Notes under the pieces: generated by a model
Database searches by the model: none
Told to the model about the DNA's origin: nothing
The model's input: only the letters and a program-made list of their open reading frames with translations
In this document: piece after piece, positions 16,911-26,478 of the stretch
Layout: the number at the start of each line of letters is the position of its first letter
How positions within the stretch are numbered: position 1 is the first letter of the stretch
Position numbers and translations under genes: made by a program
Source of the DNA: an uncultured Gemmatimonadota bacterium
GTDB taxonomy: Bacteria > Gemmatimonadota > Gemmatimonadetes > Palauibacterales > Palauibacteraceae
Length of the DNA stretch: 40,139 nucleotides
Assembly (NCBI GenBank): GCA_964450995.1
Contig: CAYVFM010000003.1
Location: 1-40,139 of the forward strand
Direction: 5' to 3'

Positions 16911-17815
16911 GAGGGGCCGGGCGAGGCCGCCCGGGCGGCCCGCCGCCGCGCCGCCTCCAGCGTGTTGCGGAGCAGCATCGCGATGGTCATCGGCCCCACC
17001 CCGCCCGGCACCGGGGTGATCCAGGACGCCTTCTCGCGGACCTCATCGAAGGCCACGTCCCCCACCCACCGGTAGCCCTTCTCGGTCTCCGGGGCCTCCA
17101 CCCGGTTGGAGCCCACGTCGATCACGACGGCCCCCTCGCGCACCATGTCCCCGGTCACCGTCTCGGGTCGGCCCACCGCCACCACCAGCAGCTCGGCCCG
17201 GCGGGTCACGGCCCCCAGGTCCCGGGTCCGGCTGTGGGCCACCGTGACCGTGGCGTTGGCCCAGGGCTCCTTCTGGAGGAGGATCTCGGCCATCGGCCGG
17301 CCGACGATGTCCGAGCGGCCGACGATGACGGCGTGCCGGCCCTCCGGATCCCAGCCGATCCGCCGCAGCATCTCCTGGATGCCCGACGGGGTCGCCGGCC
17401 GGAAGGCGTCCGGATGGCCGGTGGCCATCCGACCGACGTTCATCGGGTGGAAGCCGTCGACGTCCTTGGCGGGGTCGACCCGCTCCATCACGGTCCGCTC
17501 GTCCACGTGGTCGGGCAGCGGGAGCTGGACGAGGATGCCGTGGATCTCCTCGTCCGCGTTCAGGGCCTCGACCCGCTCCAGGATCGCCTCCTCCGGCGCG
17601 TCGGCGGGCAGCTCCAGGTCCCGGGCCCGGATCCCGACCTCCTCGCAGGCCCGCGTCTTCATGCGGACGTAGGAGGCCGAGGCGGGGTCGTCGCCCACGA
17701 GGACCACCCCGAGGCCGGGACGGACGCCCTCGTCGGCCAGCTCCTCCACCTCCTCGGCCACCTCGGCGCGGACGTCCCCGGCGATGGCTCGCCCGTCGAT
17801 CAGCTCGGCGCTCAT
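16907..17815 (-). CDS. folD: Bifunctional methylenetetrahydrofolate dehydrogenase/cyclohydrolase
   Basis: MSAELIDGRAIAGDVRAEV...PGLGVVLVGDDPASASYVRMKTRACEEVGI...ILVQLPLP...VIVGRSDIVGRPMA...TPVPGGVGPMTIAMLL. Confidence 0.95.
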   Translation of the reverse strand: MSAELIDGRAIAGDVRAEVAEEVEELADEGVRPGLGVVLVGDDPASASYVRMKTRACEEVGIRARDLELPADAPEEAILERVEALNADEEIHGILVQLPLPDHVDERTVMERVDPAKDVDGFHPMNVGRMATGHPDAFRPATPSGIQEMLRRIGWDPEGRHAVIVGRSDIVGRPMAEILLQKEPWANATVTVAHSRTRDLGAVTRRAELLVVAVGRPETVTGDMVREGAVVIDVGSNRVEAPETEKGYRWVGDVAFDEVREKASWITPVPGGVGPMTIAMLLRNTLEAARRRAARAASPGPS

Positions 17816-17859
17816 GCTCTCTCCCTGGGCGTCGTCCTCATGGCGTCGTCATCCCCCGG

Positions 17860-19416
17860 TCAGCGGGCAAAGTCCACCGCCCGGGTCTCCCGCACCACCA
17901 CCACCTTGATCTGCCCCGGGTACTGCAGCTCCTCCTCGATGCGCCGGGCCGTCTCCTCGCTGAGCCGGGACATCTCCTCGTCGTCGACCTCCTCGGGGGT
18001 CACCATGATGCGGATCTCCCGCCCCGCCTGGATGGCGTACACCTTCTCGACCCCCTCGTAGGAGCCCGCCAGGCGCTCGAGCTTCTCGAGCCGCTCGATG
18101 TAGTTCTCGAAGGACTCCCGGCGCGCCCCGGGTCGGGCCCCGGAGATGGCGTCGGCGGCCGTGACCAGGAACGTCTCCGGGTAGCGAGCCGGCTCCTCGT
18201 CGTGATGGGCCCGGATGGCGTTCAGGACCTGGTCGGGCTCGCCGTGCTCATCGCAGACCTCGTGGCCCAGCTCCACGTGGCTGCCCTCGTGCTCGTGGGT
18301 CAGCGCCTTGCCCACGTCGTGCAGCAGGCCCATCCGCTTCGCCATCTGCACGTCCAGACCGAGCTCGGCGGCCATGTTCCCGGCCAGCAGGGCCACCTCC
18401 CGGGCGTGCTGGAGCTGGTTCTGGCCGTAGCTGGTGCGATACTTGAGCCGTCCCAGCAGCTCCTCCAGGTGGGGGTGGAGGTCGTGGACGCCCAGCTCGT
18501 AGAGGACCTCCTCGGCCGCCTCGCCGATGGAGTCGCGCACGTCCTCGCGGGCGTCCTCCACCATCTCCTCGATGCGGCCGGGATGGATCCGGCCGTCCGC
18601 CACCAGCCGCTCCATGGCGACCCGGGCGACCTCCCGGCGGATGGGGTCGAAGCAGGAGAGGAGCACCGCCTCCGGGGTGTCGTCCACCACGACGTCGACG
18701 CCCGTGGCCGCCTCGAAGGCCCGGATGTTCCGGCCCTCGCGGCCGATGATCCGGCCCTTCATGTCGTCGCTCGGCAGGGACACCACCGAGACGGTGGCGT
18801 CGGAGGCGTGGTCCACGGCCAGCTTCTCGATGGCCATGGAGATGATCTTCCGGGCCTCCCGCTCGGCGTCGCGCCGGGCCTCCTCCTCGAGCTGGCGGAC
18901 GTGGCGCTCCGCCTCGGCCCGGGCCTCGTCCTCCACCCGGGAGACCAGCCGCTCGCGGGCCTCTTCGGCGGTCAGGCCGGCCAGCTCCTCCAGCCGCTCC
19001 CGGGCCTCGTCCGCACGGGCCTCGACCTCCTCGGCCCGCTCCCGGAGCTCCTCCTCCCGGGTCTCGAGCCGATCGATGCGCTCCTCCTGACGGGCCCGCC
19101 GCTCGTCCAGCTCGTCCAGGCGGGCCTCGAGCTTCTCTTCCCGCTCGGCCAGCTCGTCGCGCCGGTCCTGGAGCTCCTCCTCCCACTCCAGCTTCTGCTG
19201 GTAGGCCTCTTCCTTGCCCTGGAGCTCGGCCTCGCGCCGCAGGTTCTCGGCCTCGCGGCGGGCCTCCTCGAGGAGGTCTTCGGCCCGGGCACCTTCCTCG
19301 TCTCGGCGGGCGCGTACCCGTCGCCGGTGCCAGACGTGGCCGGCGGCGAAGCCGAGCACGGCCATGGCCGCCGCGGCGACGATCGTGGAAATGTCCATGA
19401 AGAGCTCCGACGGCAT
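17860..19416 (-). CDS. rny: Ribonuclease Y
   Basis: N-terminal TM helix, then a Glu/Arg-rich coiled-coil. KH domain ([26 protein letters not shown]). HD domain ([17 protein letters not shown]...LLHDVGK). The second in-frame ATG at 19398 has a better SD (GGAG 6 nt upstream) and may be the real start. Confidence 0.93.
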   Translation of the reverse strand: MPSELFMDISTIVAAAAMAVLGFAAGHVWHRRRVRARRDEEGARAEDLLEEARREAENLRREAELQGKEEAYQQKLEWEEELQDRRDELAEREEKLEARLDELDERRARQEERIDRLETREEELRERAEEVEARADEARERLEELAGLTAEEARERLVSRVEDEARAEAERHVRQLEEEARRDAEREARKIISMAIEKLAVDHASDATVSVVSLPSDDMKGRIIGREGRNIRAFEAATGVDVVVDDTPEAVLLSCFDPIRREVARVAMERLVADGRIHPGRIEEMVEDAREDVRDSIGEAAEEVLYELGVHDLHPHLEELLGRLKYRTSYGQNQLQHAREVALLAGNMAAELGLDVQMAKRMGLLHDVGKALTHEHEGSHVELGHEVCDEHGEPDQVLNAIRAHHDEEPARYPETFLVTAADAISGARPGARRESFENYIERLEKLERLAGSYEGVEKVYAIQAGREIRIMVTPEEVDDEEMSRLSEETARRIEEELQYPGQIKVVVVRETRAVDFAR

Positions 19417-19500
19417 CTATCGAGAGGCCCCGTGGGGCCGTTCCAGGCTCGGGTCCCGCCCCGCCCTTCCGCCCGACCTCCGCGGCGGCCGACACGCGAA

Positions 19501-19531
19501 ACGCCGGCGGGCGCTCGGGCCTCGCCGGCGT
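19501..19531 (-). terminator. Terminator-like hairpin about 150 nt downstream of zapA
   Basis: The minus strand reads ACGCCGGCG-A-GGC-CCGAGC-GCC-CGCCGGCGT, 12 bp with one bulge, followed by TTCGCG. Counting the arm T, this gives only a 3-U run. Confidence 0.4.
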
Positions 19532-19676
19532 CGTCCTTCCGTGCCCCCGGTGGCGGGGCGGCCTCCGCGGGTCTCGCCGCCCCGGGCCGGGATCGGCCGC
19601 CCGCCGGTCGGGACCCGTCGATCAGGCAAGTTGCCGCCCCCGCGCGGGCCGCGCAAGCAGGGGCGACGGCCCCTCG

Positions 19677-19973
19677 TCAGGCGTCGAGGACGGCCTCGAC
19701 CTCCTCGCGCAGCGTCCGGATCCTCGCCTCGACGCCCTCCCGGAGCTCGTCCCGCTCCGCCCGGGTCCGCATCAGCTCGTCGGTGATCTCCATCGCCGCG
19801 AGGATCGCCGCCTTGTGGGGCTCGCTCACGTGCGACTGGAGGTGGGCCTCCCGGATCGCCTCGTCGACGTGCCGGGCGCACTTCCGCGTGTGCTCCTCGT
19901 CGGTCTCCGAGCGGATCGTGTACTCCTCGCCGAAGATCTCGACCCGGACCGGCCCGTTCCCGTCGTCGCTCAC
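19677..19973 (-). CDS. zapA: Cell division protein ZapA
   Basis: (V)SDDGNGPVRVEIFGEEYTIRSETDEEHTRKCARHVDEAIRE...AAILAAMEITDEL fits the ZapA family pattern. The GTG start overlaps the upstream TGA (GTGA). SD is GGAGGA. Confidence 0.85.
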   Translation of the reverse strand: MSDDGNGPVRVEIFGEEYTIRSETDEEHTRKCARHVDEAIREAHLQSHVSEPHKAAILAAMEITDELMRTRAERDELREGVEARIRTLREEVEAVLDA

Positions 19974-20305
19974 AGCTCGTCCTCCATCATGATGAGCCGG
20001 CTCCTGATGCGCTCCGCCCGTTCCCGGCCCTCCTCGAGGCGCTCCCGGAGATCGCGGTTCTCCTCGGTGAGCTCCTCGAAGCGGGCCGCCGCCTCCCCGG
20101 GGGTCATCTCCTCCAGGTCGGCGCCCTCCAGCGCCTCCCCCAGCCGGCGCCGGGACGCCTCCGCGTCCTCGACCCGCTCCCGGAGGTCGCGGTAGGCCTC
20201 CGCCAGCCGGCCCACGGCCGACTCGAGCTCGGCGAGCTCGGCCTCGATCCCGGCCCGGCCCTCCGGGGCCGGGTCCGCCCCGTCACTCGCTCCGGACCCG
20301 GGCAT
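19970..20305 (-). CDS. Coiled-coil protein upstream of zapA (ZapB-like by composition only)
   Basis: 111 aa and Glu/Arg/Leu-rich (IEAELAELESAVGRLAEAYRDLRERVEDAE...ELTEENRDLRERLEEGRERAERIRSRLIMMEDEL). A strong SD (GGAGGAGGA) lies 5 nt before the ATG, and the ATG lies inside the last 23 nt of pheT. The gene is coupled to zapA. Confidence 0.7.
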   Translation of the reverse strand: MPGSGASDGADPAPEGRAGIEAELAELESAVGRLAEAYRDLRERVEDAEASRRRLGEALEGADLEEMTPGEAAARFEELTEENRDLRERLEEGRERAERIRSRLIMMEDEL

Positions 20306-22739
20306 CGTGGTCCTCCTCCAGTCGGTGGACGATCCGCTCCATGGCTCCCTCCACCTCGTCCTCCTCGAGGGTCCGGTCGGGCGCCCGGAACTCGAACCGG
20401 AACGCCAGGCTCCTCCGCCCCTCCCCGATCCCCTCGCCCCGGTAGACGTCGAACAGCCGAAGCCGGTCCAGCAGCTCCCCCGCCGCCTCCCGTGCCGTCC
20501 CCTCCAGGTCGGCCGCAGCCTCGTCGTCGGGCACCGAGACCGCCAGGTCGCGCCGGACCGGCGGGAACTCCGACAGCGCCCGGTAGCGGGGAAGGCGGTC
20601 CGCCTCCACGGCCTCGAGCCGGAACTCCATGGCCCAGACCGGGTCGGCCCAGGGCGGCGCGTCCACCGCGTCCGGCCGCACGCTGCCCGCCACGCCCAGG
20701 GGCACGCCGTCCTCCAGCAGGCCGAAGGCGCGCTGGCCCAGCCAGGCGTCGGCCGCCAGGCGGGTCCCCAGGTCCCGGACGAGCCGCCCCTCCACCGGCA
20801 CCAGCTCGTCGTCGCAGACCTCGGTGGCCAGCTCCTCGGCCAGCCCCTTGAGGTCCCAGAGGTCGTACGGCTCCACCTCGCTCTCCCAGTGCTCGGGCCG
20901 GCGCCGGCCCGTGATCACCAGGCCGACGTGGGTCTCCTCGGCGAAGTGGCCCAGGTCGCCCTCCTCGTCCCGGGGCGCGCGGCGGAAGGCGGTGCCGATC
21001 TCGTAGAGCCGGACGTCCCTCTGGCCCCGGGACCAGTTGTGCTCCACCCGCCGCAGCAGCGGGGCGACGATGCTGCCCCGGAGATGGCCCTCCTCCTCCG
21101 AGAGGGGGTGGAGCAGCTCCACCGGCCCGCGGGGGTCGGCCTCCGCCTCCGAGACCAGGGGCGAGCTCTTCGCCTCCAGCAGCCCCCGTCCGTGGAGCAG
21201 CTCCCGCACCTTCCGGGCCCGGCGCCAGTCCACGCCGTCCGGCACCCGGGAGGGCCGGAACGAGCGGTCCTCCGACGCGAAGGCGTCGTAGCCGTGGCGG
21301 CGGGCCACCTCCTCCACCAGGTCGATCTCCCGGGTCACGTCCGGCCGCCAGCCCGGCACCCGGCAGGCGAGCACCGCCGAGCCGGCGTCGTTCACGTCCT
21401 CCCAGGCCTCGAAGCCGAGGGGGTCCAGCAGACGGCGGAGCTCGCCCGGCCCGAAGGACCGGCCCAGGACCTGTCGGACCCGGGACGGCCGCAGCTCCAC
21501 GATCCGCCGCTCCGGGGCCGGCTCGCCCACCCTGGCGGCCTCGGGCTCGGCCCGACCGCCGGCCACCGCCAGGATCAGCTCGACGCACCGGGCCAGCGCC
21601 TCCTCCAGCCCCCCGCGGTCGATGCCGCGCTCGAACCGGTAGGACGCGTCGGTGGAGAGCTCGGCTTCGCGGGCCGTGCGGCGGGTCGACGACGCGTCGA
21701 AGGAGGCGCACTCCACGAAGACGTCGGTGGTGCCGGCCGAGACCTCCGAGTCCGCTCCTCCCATCACCCCGGCCAGGGCGACCGGGCCCCCGGCGTCGGC
21801 GATGACCGTCTGGGCGGGCGAGAGCTCGTGCTCACGTCCGTCCAGGGTGCGGAGCTCCTCGCCGGACCGGGCGGGGCGGACGCGGACCTCCGGGCCGGCC
21901 AGCTCGGCCAGGTCGAAGGCGTGGAGCGGCTGGTTCAGCTCGTGGAGGACGTAGTTGGTGGCGTCCACCACGTTGTTCACCGGCCGGACCCCGATGGCCC
22001 GGAGGCGGCCCTCCAGCCAGGCCGGAGAGGGGCCCACCTCCACCCCCCGGACCACGGCGCCCAGGTAGCGGTCGCAGCGCTCGGGCGACTCCACCGTCAC
22101 CGAAACGCCCCCGACGGAGGCGGAGCTCTCGTGGTCGCTCCACGTCGGCTCCCAGGACCCGAAGCGGGAGAGGACCACCTCGGCCGTGCCCCCCGGCGCC
22201 ACCTCCCGGGCGACGCCCACGTGACAGGCCAGGTCCACCCGGTTCGGCGTCAGGTCCAGCACCAGCCGGTCGTCGGGCAGGCCCAGGGCCTCGCCCAGCG
22301 GCTGGCCGGGCTCGAGGTCCCCGGCGAGCCGGAGGATGCCGCCGGCGTCGCGGCCCAGGCCGAGCTCCTTCTCCGAGCAGAGCATGCCGTGGCTCTCCCG
22401 GCCCCGGATCTCCCGGACCTCGACGGTCGGGCCGCCGGGCAGCGAGGCCCCCGGCGCGATCCAGGGGTACAGCTCGCCCTCCAGCACCTCCGGGGCGCCG
22501 CAGACCACGTCCAGGGGCCCGTCCTCGCCGGCGTCCACGCGGCAGAGGGTGAGCCGGTCGGCGTCGGGGTGGGGGCCGGCCTCCAGGACGCGGGCCACCC
22601 GGACCCCGTCGAGCCCCTCCCCCACCCGCACGACCTCCTCCACCGGGACGGCCCGCATGCTGAGCCGCTCGGCGACGTCGCGGGCGTCGCGCGTCAGGCC
22701 CGGGACCAGGTCGCGCAGCCAGTTGACGGAGATGTTCAT
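20283..22739 (-). CDS. pheT: Phenylalanine--tRNA ligase beta subunit
   Basis: MNISVNWLRDLVPGL... with tRNA-binding, B3/4, B5 and anticodon-binding-like regions, 818 aa. It follows pheS after 13 nt, with a GGAG SD. Confidence 0.95.
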   Translation of the reverse strand: MNISVNWLRDLVPGLTRDARDVAERLSMRAVPVEEVVRVGEGLDGVRVARVLEAGPHPDADRLTLCRVDAGEDGPLDVVCGAPEVLEGELYPWIAPGASLPGGPTVEVREIRGRESHGMLCSEKELGLGRDAGGILRLAGDLEPGQPLGEALGLPDDRLVLDLTPNRVDLACHVGVAREVAPGGTAEVVLSRFGSWEPTWSDHESSASVGGVSVTVESPERCDRYLGAVVRGVEVGPSPAWLEGRLRAIGVRPVNNVVDATNYVLHELNQPLHAFDLAELAGPEVRVRPARSGEELRTLDGREHELSPAQTVIADAGGPVALAGVMGGADSEVSAGTTDVFVECASFDASSTRRTAREAELSTDASYRFERGIDRGGLEEALARCVELILAVAGGRAEPEAARVGEPAPERRIVELRPSRVRQVLGRSFGPGELRRLLDPLGFEAWEDVNDAGSAVLACRVPGWRPDVTREIDLVEEVARRHGYDAFASEDRSFRPSRVPDGVDWRRARKVRELLHGRGLLEAKSSPLVSEAEADPRGPVELLHPLSEEEGHLRGSIVAPLLRRVEHNWSRGQRDVRLYEIGTAFRRAPRDEEGDLGHFAEETHVGLVITGRRRPEHWESEVEPYDLWDLKGLAEELATEVCDDELVPVEGRLVRDLGTRLAADAWLGQRAFGLLEDGVPLGVAGSVRPDAVDAPPWADPVWAMEFRLEAVEADRLPRYRALSEFPPVRRDLAVSVPDDEAAADLEGTAREAAGELLDRLRLFDVYRGEGIGEGRRSLAFRFEFRAPDRTLEEDEVEGAMERIVHRLEEDHDARVRSE

Positions 22740-22752
22740 CGCGTCCGCTCCG

Positions 22753-23793
22753 TCAGCCCGTGAACTGGCTCAGGAAGCGGACGTCGCCCTCGTAGAGCCG
22801 TCGCATGTCCGGGATCCCGTACCGGGTCATGGCGATGCGGCCGGGCCCCATCCCGAAGGCGTAGCCCGTGTAGCGCTCGGGGTCGTAGCCCACGGCCTCG
22901 AAGACGGCCGGGTCCACCATCCCCGCGCCCATGATCTCGATCCACCCGGACCGTCCACAGGTGGAGCAGCCGTCCCCGTCGCAGATGGGACAGGAGACGT
23001 CCACCTCGGCCGAGGGCTCGGTGAAGGGGAAGTAGGACGGGCGGAACCGGGTCCGGGCGTCCTCGCCGTAGAAGCGGTGGACGAAGTGGTCGATGGCCGC
23101 CCGGAACTCCACGAAGTCGACCCCCTCGTCCACGGCCAGCCCCTCGATCTGGTCGAAGGCGGGCGCGTGGGTGGGGTCGAAGGCGTCCCGCCGGTAGCAG
23201 AGGCCCGGCACGACGATCCGCACGGGCGGATCCCGTCGCTCCATGACCCGGGCCTGGACCGGCGACGTGTGGGTCCGCAGCAGGACGCCCTCGTCCAGGT
23301 AGAAGGTGTCGTGCATGTCGGCGGCCGGGTGGTCCAGCGGGATGTTCAGGGCCGTGAAGTTGTACCACTCCGACTCCACCTCGGGGCCGCCCACCCGGGT
23401 GAAGCCCAGCTCGCGGAAGATGCCGCAGATCTCGTCGATGACGCGGGTGACGGGGTGGGGGCCGCCGACCCAGGAGCGCCGGCCCGGCAGGGTGAGGTCC
23501 ACGGCCTCGGCCTCCGCCCGGCGGGCCTCCCGCTCCAGCTCGCCGGCCCGCTCCTCGTGGGCCGCCTCCAGGCGATCCTTGACCTCGTTGCCCCGGCGCC
23601 CGGCCTCGGGCCGGTCCTCCGGGGGGATCTCGCCGATGCGGCCCAGGGCCTCGGACACCTCGCCGCCGCGGCCCAGGAAGCGGACCCGGGCCTCCTCGAG
23701 CTCCTCCTCGTCGGAGGCCTCGCGAAAGGCGGCCAGCCCCCGCTCTTCGATGTCGTCGAGCCGGTCGAGGAGGGAAGCCTCGTCCCCGGTCAA
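22753..23793 (-). CDS. pheS: Phenylalanine--tRNA ligase alpha subunit
   Basis: [19 protein letters not shown]..., [17 protein letters not shown] and [12 protein letters not shown] are present. Start set at TTG 23793-23791, overlapping the rplT TGA (TTGA), giving 346 aa. The track ORF 22753..24021 is an over-extension through rplT. Confidence 0.92.
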   Translation of the reverse strand: MTGDEASLLDRLDDIEERGLAAFREASDEEELEEARVRFLGRGGEVSEALGRIGEIPPEDRPEAGRRGNEVKDRLEAAHEERAGELEREARRAEAEAVDLTLPGRRSWVGGPHPVTRVIDEICGIFRELGFTRVGGPEVESEWYNFTALNIPLDHPAADMHDTFYLDEGVLLRTHTSPVQARVMERRDPPVRIVVPGLCYRRDAFDPTHAPAFDQIEGLAVDEGVDFVEFRAAIDHFVHRFYGEDARTRFRPSYFPFTEPSAEVDVSCPICDGDGCSTCGRSGWIEIMGAGMVDPAVFEAVGYDPERYTGYAFGMGPGRIAMTRYGIPDMRRLYEGDVRFLSQFTG

Positions 23794-24146
23794 CGGGCGT
23801 GCTCTTCGGCGATCCCGGCGAGCTCGGCGAACGCCTCCGGCTCGCGCACGGCCAGGTCGGCCAGGACCTTCCGGTTCAGCTCCACCGACGCCTCGTCCAG
23901 CCCGTGGATGAAGCGGGAGTAGGAGAGGCCGTGCTCCCGGGCCGCCGCGTTGATGCGGGTGATCCAGAGCCGCCGGAAGTCGCGCTTCTTCTCGCGGCGG
24001 TGGCGGTAGGCGTGCTCCCACCCCTTCTCCACCTGGTCCTTGGCGGGACGATACAGGTTCTTCCGCCCGCCGAAGGAGCCCTTGGCGTGCTCGAGGATCT
24101 TCTTGCGGCGCTTCTTGGTGGCCACGCTGGTCTTGACCCGGGTCAT
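23790..24146 (-). CDS. rplT: 50S ribosomal protein L20
   Basis: [83 protein letters not shown]. Confidence 0.97.
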   Translation of the reverse strand: MTRVKTSVATKKRRKKILEHAKGSFGGRKNLYRPAKDQVEKGWEHAYRHRREKKRDFRRLWITRINAAAREHGLSYSRFIHGLDEASVELNRKVLADLAVREPEAFAELAGIAEEHAR

Positions 24147-24225
24147 GCTCGCTCCCTGGCTGGATCTATGGTGCGTCGCTCGGTCGTCGTGACGGCTCGT
24201 CCGGAGGGCCCGGCGGAAAGGTGGC

Positions 24226-24522
24226 TCAGCCCTGGCCCTTGAGCAGCTCCATGATGCGGTCGTGCTGCTCGTTGGGCACCACCGAGGGCCGCCGCTCCTC
24301 CTTCTTCCCGCTCCCCGGGGCGGCCCGTCCGCCGCCCAGCAGGCGCCGGACCCGCTGGTGGTCGTCGGGACCGATGATCCCCGGCTTCCGGAGATGCCGC
24401 TTCCGCTTGGGCGACTTCTTCGTCAGGATGTGGCTCTTGCCGGAATGGTAGTACTTGTACTTTCCGGTGGCCGTCTTCTTGAACCGCTTCGCGGCCGACC
24501 GGTTCGTCTTCATCTTCGACAT
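24226..24522 (-). CDS. rpmI: 50S ribosomal protein L35 with a ~35-aa C-terminal extension
   Basis: [48 protein letters not shown]...RVRRLLG is canonical L35. ATG at 24522 with AGGAG 7 nt upstream. The frame continues for about 35 more codons ([35 protein letters not shown]) before its stop. Confidence 0.9.
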   Translation of the reverse strand: MSKMKTNRSAAKRFKKTATGKYKYYHSGKSHILTKKSPKRKRHLRKPGIIGPDDHQRVRRLLGGGRAAPGSGKKEERRPSVVPNEQHDRIMELLKGQG

Positions 24523-24681
24523 GGTGGGCTCCTGTCGGGGATGCCGTCTTCGCTGGCGGGGCACCGGTCGGCGGTCGCCGCCGGCGGGTCCTCCCGAGCG
24601 TACGCCCCCGCGCGGCCTCCGTTCCGGAAGGGCCGATCGCGGGTGAGGCCGCCTCCGGTCCCGGCTCGTCGTCAGCCCGGA

Positions 24682-24710
24682 AACGTACGCCCCGCGGTCG
24701 GGGGCGTCAA
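24682..24710 (-). promoter_or_regulatory. Candidate promoter for rpmI-rplT-pheST
   Basis: The minus strand reads TTGACG-N17-TACGTT. The -35 is at 24710-24705 and the -10 at 24687-24682, just downstream of the prfC stop. The spacer itself can fold as CGCCCC-CGACCGC-GGGGCG, so the same DNA could instead be the prfC terminator. Confidence 0.3.
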
Positions 24711-24733
24711 CGCGGGCGCGCGGCCCGTCGGGC

Positions 24734-26347
24734 TCAGAGCTCCGCCGAGGCGCCGGGCGCCACCTCGTGCAGCTCGACGCCCTCGTCGGCGGCCTCCTCG
24801 GCGGCGCGGCGGAGCTGGAAGTCGTTCTCGAAGAGGATCAGCGGCTCGCCCTCGGCGTCGTAGACGAGCTTGCGGCCGTACTTCCCGGCCACCCGCTCGA
24901 TCGCCTCCTCGGCCCCCTCCACCCACCTCGCCCGGGTGTGGGGGAGCCGGTCCAGCTTCGCCCCCACGTTGTACTCGGTGTCCAGCCGGTGGAGGAGGAC
25001 GTCGAACTGGAGCACGCCCACCGCGCCCACGATGGGGGCGGGCCCGGTCACCGAGGTCTCGTAGAAGACCTGGGCGGCCCCCTCCTGGGAGAGCTGCTCC
25101 AGCCCCTTGTCCAGGTGCTTCCGCCGCAGGGGGTCGGGCACCCGGATCCGGGCGAAGTGCTCGGGCGAGAAGCGCGGGATGCCGCCGAAGCTCAGGTCGC
25201 CGTCCTCGGACAGGGTATCGCCGATGTGGATGTCGCCCCGGTCCATCACCCCCACGATGTCGCCCGGCCACGCCTCCTCCTCCAGGGTGTCCCGATCCCG
25301 CGCCATGAATTTCCGGGGCTGGGTGAGGCGGACCATCTCGCCCGAGCGGACGTCGGTCACCTCCATCCCCGGCTCGAAGACGCCCGAGCAGATCCGGATG
25401 AAGGCCACCCGGTCCCGGTGGTTCGGGTCCATGTTCGCCTGGATCTTGAAGACGAAGCCGGTGAAGTCCTCCTCGTCCGGCTCCACCATCCCCCGGTCGG
25501 ACGGACGGGGGCGCGGCGGCGGCGCCATCTCCAGGAAGTGGTCCAGGAAGCTCTCCACCCCGAAGTTCGTCAGGGCCGACCCGAAGAAGGTGGGCGAGAG
25601 GTCCCCGGCCTCGAACGCCTCCTCGTCCCAGCCGGCGCCCGCCAGCTCCAGCAGCTCGAGCTGCTCCCGGAGCTCGTCCACCACCCGCTCGCCCAGCCGG
25701 TCGGCGGCCTCGTCGTCGTCCAGCGCGAAGGTGGTCTCCTCCACCTTCTCCTGGCCGTGGTGCTCGCCCTTCTCGAACAGGTGGACGCGCTCGTCCAGGC
25801 GGTCGTAGACGCCCAGGAAGTCGGGCCCGTCCAGGATCGGCCACGTCACGGGCCAGCAGGCCATCCCCAGGTCCGACTCCACGTCGTCCAGGAGCTGGAG
25901 GGGATCGGTGCCGACCCGGTCGCACTTGTTGACGAAGGTGAAGATCGGGATGTCCCGGCGCTCGCAGACGCGGAAGAGCTTCCGGGTCCGGTCCTCCACG
26001 CCGCGCCGATTGTCCAGCAGCATCACGGCGCTGTCCGCGGCGATCAGGGTCCGGTAGGTGTCCTCCGAGAAGTCGGCGTGGCCCGGCGTGTCCAGCAGGT
26101 TGATCCGGTAGCCGTCGTGGTCGAACTGGAGGACGCTGGAGGTGACCGAGATGCCCCGCTCCTTCTCCATCTCGATCCAGTCGGAGGTGGCGTGGCGGGC
26201 GGCCCGCCGCGCCTTGATGGAGCCGGCCAGGTGGAGCGCGCCTCCGTAGAGGAGGAGCTTCTCCGTCAGCGTGGTCTTCCCCGCGTCGGGGTGGCTGATG
26301 ATGGCGAAGGTGCGCCTCCGCCGGATCTCGTCGGACGCCGTGGCCAT
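24734..26347 (-). CDS. prfC: Peptide chain release factor 3 (GTPase)
   Basis: [101 protein letters not shown]...FVNKCDR. Start at ATG 26347, giving 537 aa. The track ORF 24734..26971 over-extends across a terminator into thrS. Confidence 0.93.
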   Translation of the reverse strand: MATASDEIRRRRTFAIISHPDAGKTTLTEKLLLYGGALHLAGSIKARRAARHATSDWIEMEKERGISVTSSVLQFDHDGYRINLLDTPGHADFSEDTYRTLIAADSAVMLLDNRRGVEDRTRKLFRVCERRDIPIFTFVNKCDRVGTDPLQLLDDVESDLGMACWPVTWPILDGPDFLGVYDRLDERVHLFEKGEHHGQEKVEETTFALDDDEAADRLGERVVDELREQLELLELAGAGWDEEAFEAGDLSPTFFGSALTNFGVESFLDHFLEMAPPPRPRPSDRGMVEPDEEDFTGFVFKIQANMDPNHRDRVAFIRICSGVFEPGMEVTDVRSGEMVRLTQPRKFMARDRDTLEEEAWPGDIVGVMDRGDIHIGDTLSEDGDLSFGGIPRFSPEHFARIRVPDPLRRKHLDKGLEQLSQEGAAQVFYETSVTGPAPIVGAVGVLQFDVLLHRLDTEYNVGAKLDRLPHTRARWVEGAEEAIERVAGKYGRKLVYDAEGEPLILFENDFQLRRAAEEAADEGVELHEVAPGASAEL

Positions 26348-26399
26348 GGGGTCTCGGTGCGCTGCGGGTGTTCGGGCTCGGGGTGCCGGGGACGGCACG

Positions 26400-26430
26400 A
26401 AAAAGGTCCCGCCCCTCCCGGAGCGGGACC
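26400..26430 (-). terminator. Rho-independent terminator of thrS
   Basis: The minus strand reads GGTCCCGC-TCCGGGAGGG-GCGGGACC (8-bp stem) followed directly by TTTTT. It lies 49 nt after the thrS stop. A second hairpin, GTGCCG-TCCC-CGGCAC (26383-26398), follows. Confidence 0.8.
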
Positions 26431-26478
26431 GTCGGACGATACGCCGGCCGCCGGGGGAGGTTCCGGTGGCCCCGCGCC

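Noticed and set aside
17816-17859. Direct repeat GGCGTCGTC x2 in the rny-folD spacer
   Set aside because: It is a short 9-nt repeat in a 44-nt GC-rich spacer, with no hairpin potential or flanking signal, so it is likely chance.
20307-22763. 818-aa plus-strand ORF exactly antisense to pheT and of identical length. Similar long ORFs lie antisense to real genes at 1723..4272, 6985..8727, 8607..9917, 12031..14625, 14835..17075, 18202..19992, 24767..26665, 26368..28938, 29374..31977, 30770..33862, 36085..37632 and 38176..39372.
   Set aside because: Their translations are dominated by Arg/Pro/Gly/His/Gln/Leu runs and contain no recognisable motifs. The opposite strand in each case encodes a protein with unmistakable family signatures. 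Long stop-free antisense frames are expected in DNA this GC-rich.
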